DNA of 64,000 nucleotides, taken from IMG/VR virus record IMGVR_UViG_3300023202_000383, positions 186,001 through 250,000 of that record; one strand, given 5' to 3'. The position numbers and the translations under genes were made by a program. Under the pieces are notes generated by a model that was not told the DNA's origin, did no database searches, and saw only the letters and a list, made by a program, of their open reading frames with translations. Below, one piece after another: positions 63,578-64,000 of this stretch (position 1 is the first letter of the stretch; every line of letters starts with the position of its first letter).

Positions 63578-64000
63578 ATCCTACCGTACAAAAGTTGGGC
63601 ATCAAATCACCATATCGTTTACTCGAAAAGATGTATGAGGATTGTGCGCAAAATCAATTTATACGTGAATTTACAGAAAATGCAATAGAAGCGATCGATG
63701 GCATGCAAAGCGAAATATATTGGGGCTATATTAAAATCGGCAGTGTGAATAAGTTATTTGTGGCAGATAACGGGCCAGGTATGACTGGAGATGAGCTATT
63801 TCAATATATTGGTAATCTGGCGGCCTCTAAGGTTATTCGATCTCAGCATGGTGTGGGTGCCAAAATATCGGCAATAGTAGAAAATAGACTTGGATTGATA
63901 TACGTGTCGTGAAGCAATCCAGAAAACCCATCTGCAATAAAATTTTATGTCAATTCGAGCGGCGAAATACTTACACGTAAAGTAGATGTACCAGATTGGG
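63562..64000 (+). CDS. GHKL (HATPase_c) ATPase N-terminus, interrupted by in-frame TGA at 63910; 3'-partial
   Basis: FIREFTENAIEA, VADNGPGM, HGVGAKI; frame continues 29 codons past the TGA to the window end. Confidence 0.7.

Noticed and set aside
1-64000. Genome-wide stop-codon reassignment (TAG or TGA)
   Set aside because: Long genes are intact under the standard code, many end naturally in TAG or TGA, and no CTA or TCA anticodon tRNA was found; only isolated in-frame stops occur.
1-64000. CRISPR array or DGR template/variable repeat pair
   Set aside because: No regularly spaced direct repeats, no reverse transcriptase, and no adenine-specific mismatch pairs seen.
1-64000. Naming a host taxon
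   Set aside because: The codon-bias islands only suggest a higher-GC host; nothing in the window identifies it.

Overview
The window is a 64-kb piece of a large tailed (jumbo-type, probably contractile-tailed) bacteriophage genome. There is no rRNA and no CRISPR array. All calls come from motif reading by eye; no searches were run. Layout: (1) 1-4.5 kb, tail/virion genes on +. (2) 4.5-22 kb, a mostly minus-strand tRNA island with 10 recognisable tRNAs plus one atypical CAT tRNA-like element. These are interleaved with glycan-modifying genes (several glycosyltransferases, a NodZ-like fucosyltransferase, a pyruvyltransferase, two sulfotransferases, an FkbM methyltransferase), plus DHFR, QueC, a DEDDh exonuclease, a frameshifted HNH endonuclease and small paralogous ORFs. 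(3) 22.9-32.4 kb, a baseplate-wedge-like protein ending in poly-Ser, a tail-fibre-like protein, two more glycosyltransferases and gmd. (4) 33-64 kb, a + strand accessory/early region with an intein-containing SF2 helicase, a WGR protein, dCMP deaminase, a mini ligase, a MoxR AAA+ and vWA/peptidase pair split by 8 kb, Hef-like endonuclease/GNAT fusions (four in the window) and two expanded families of small paralogues. Strongest unusual signals: a 198-nt group I intron in the anticodon (35/36) of tRNA-Asn; two class II (long variable arm) tRNAs with Trp (CCA) and Gln (TTG) anticodons that share an identical T-arm; a dispersed glycosylation toolkit bracketed by a shared palindrome and lying next to a poly-Ser virion protein; a recurring GC-rich upstream motif; and an in-frame TGA at a probable Trp position of a GHKL ATPase.
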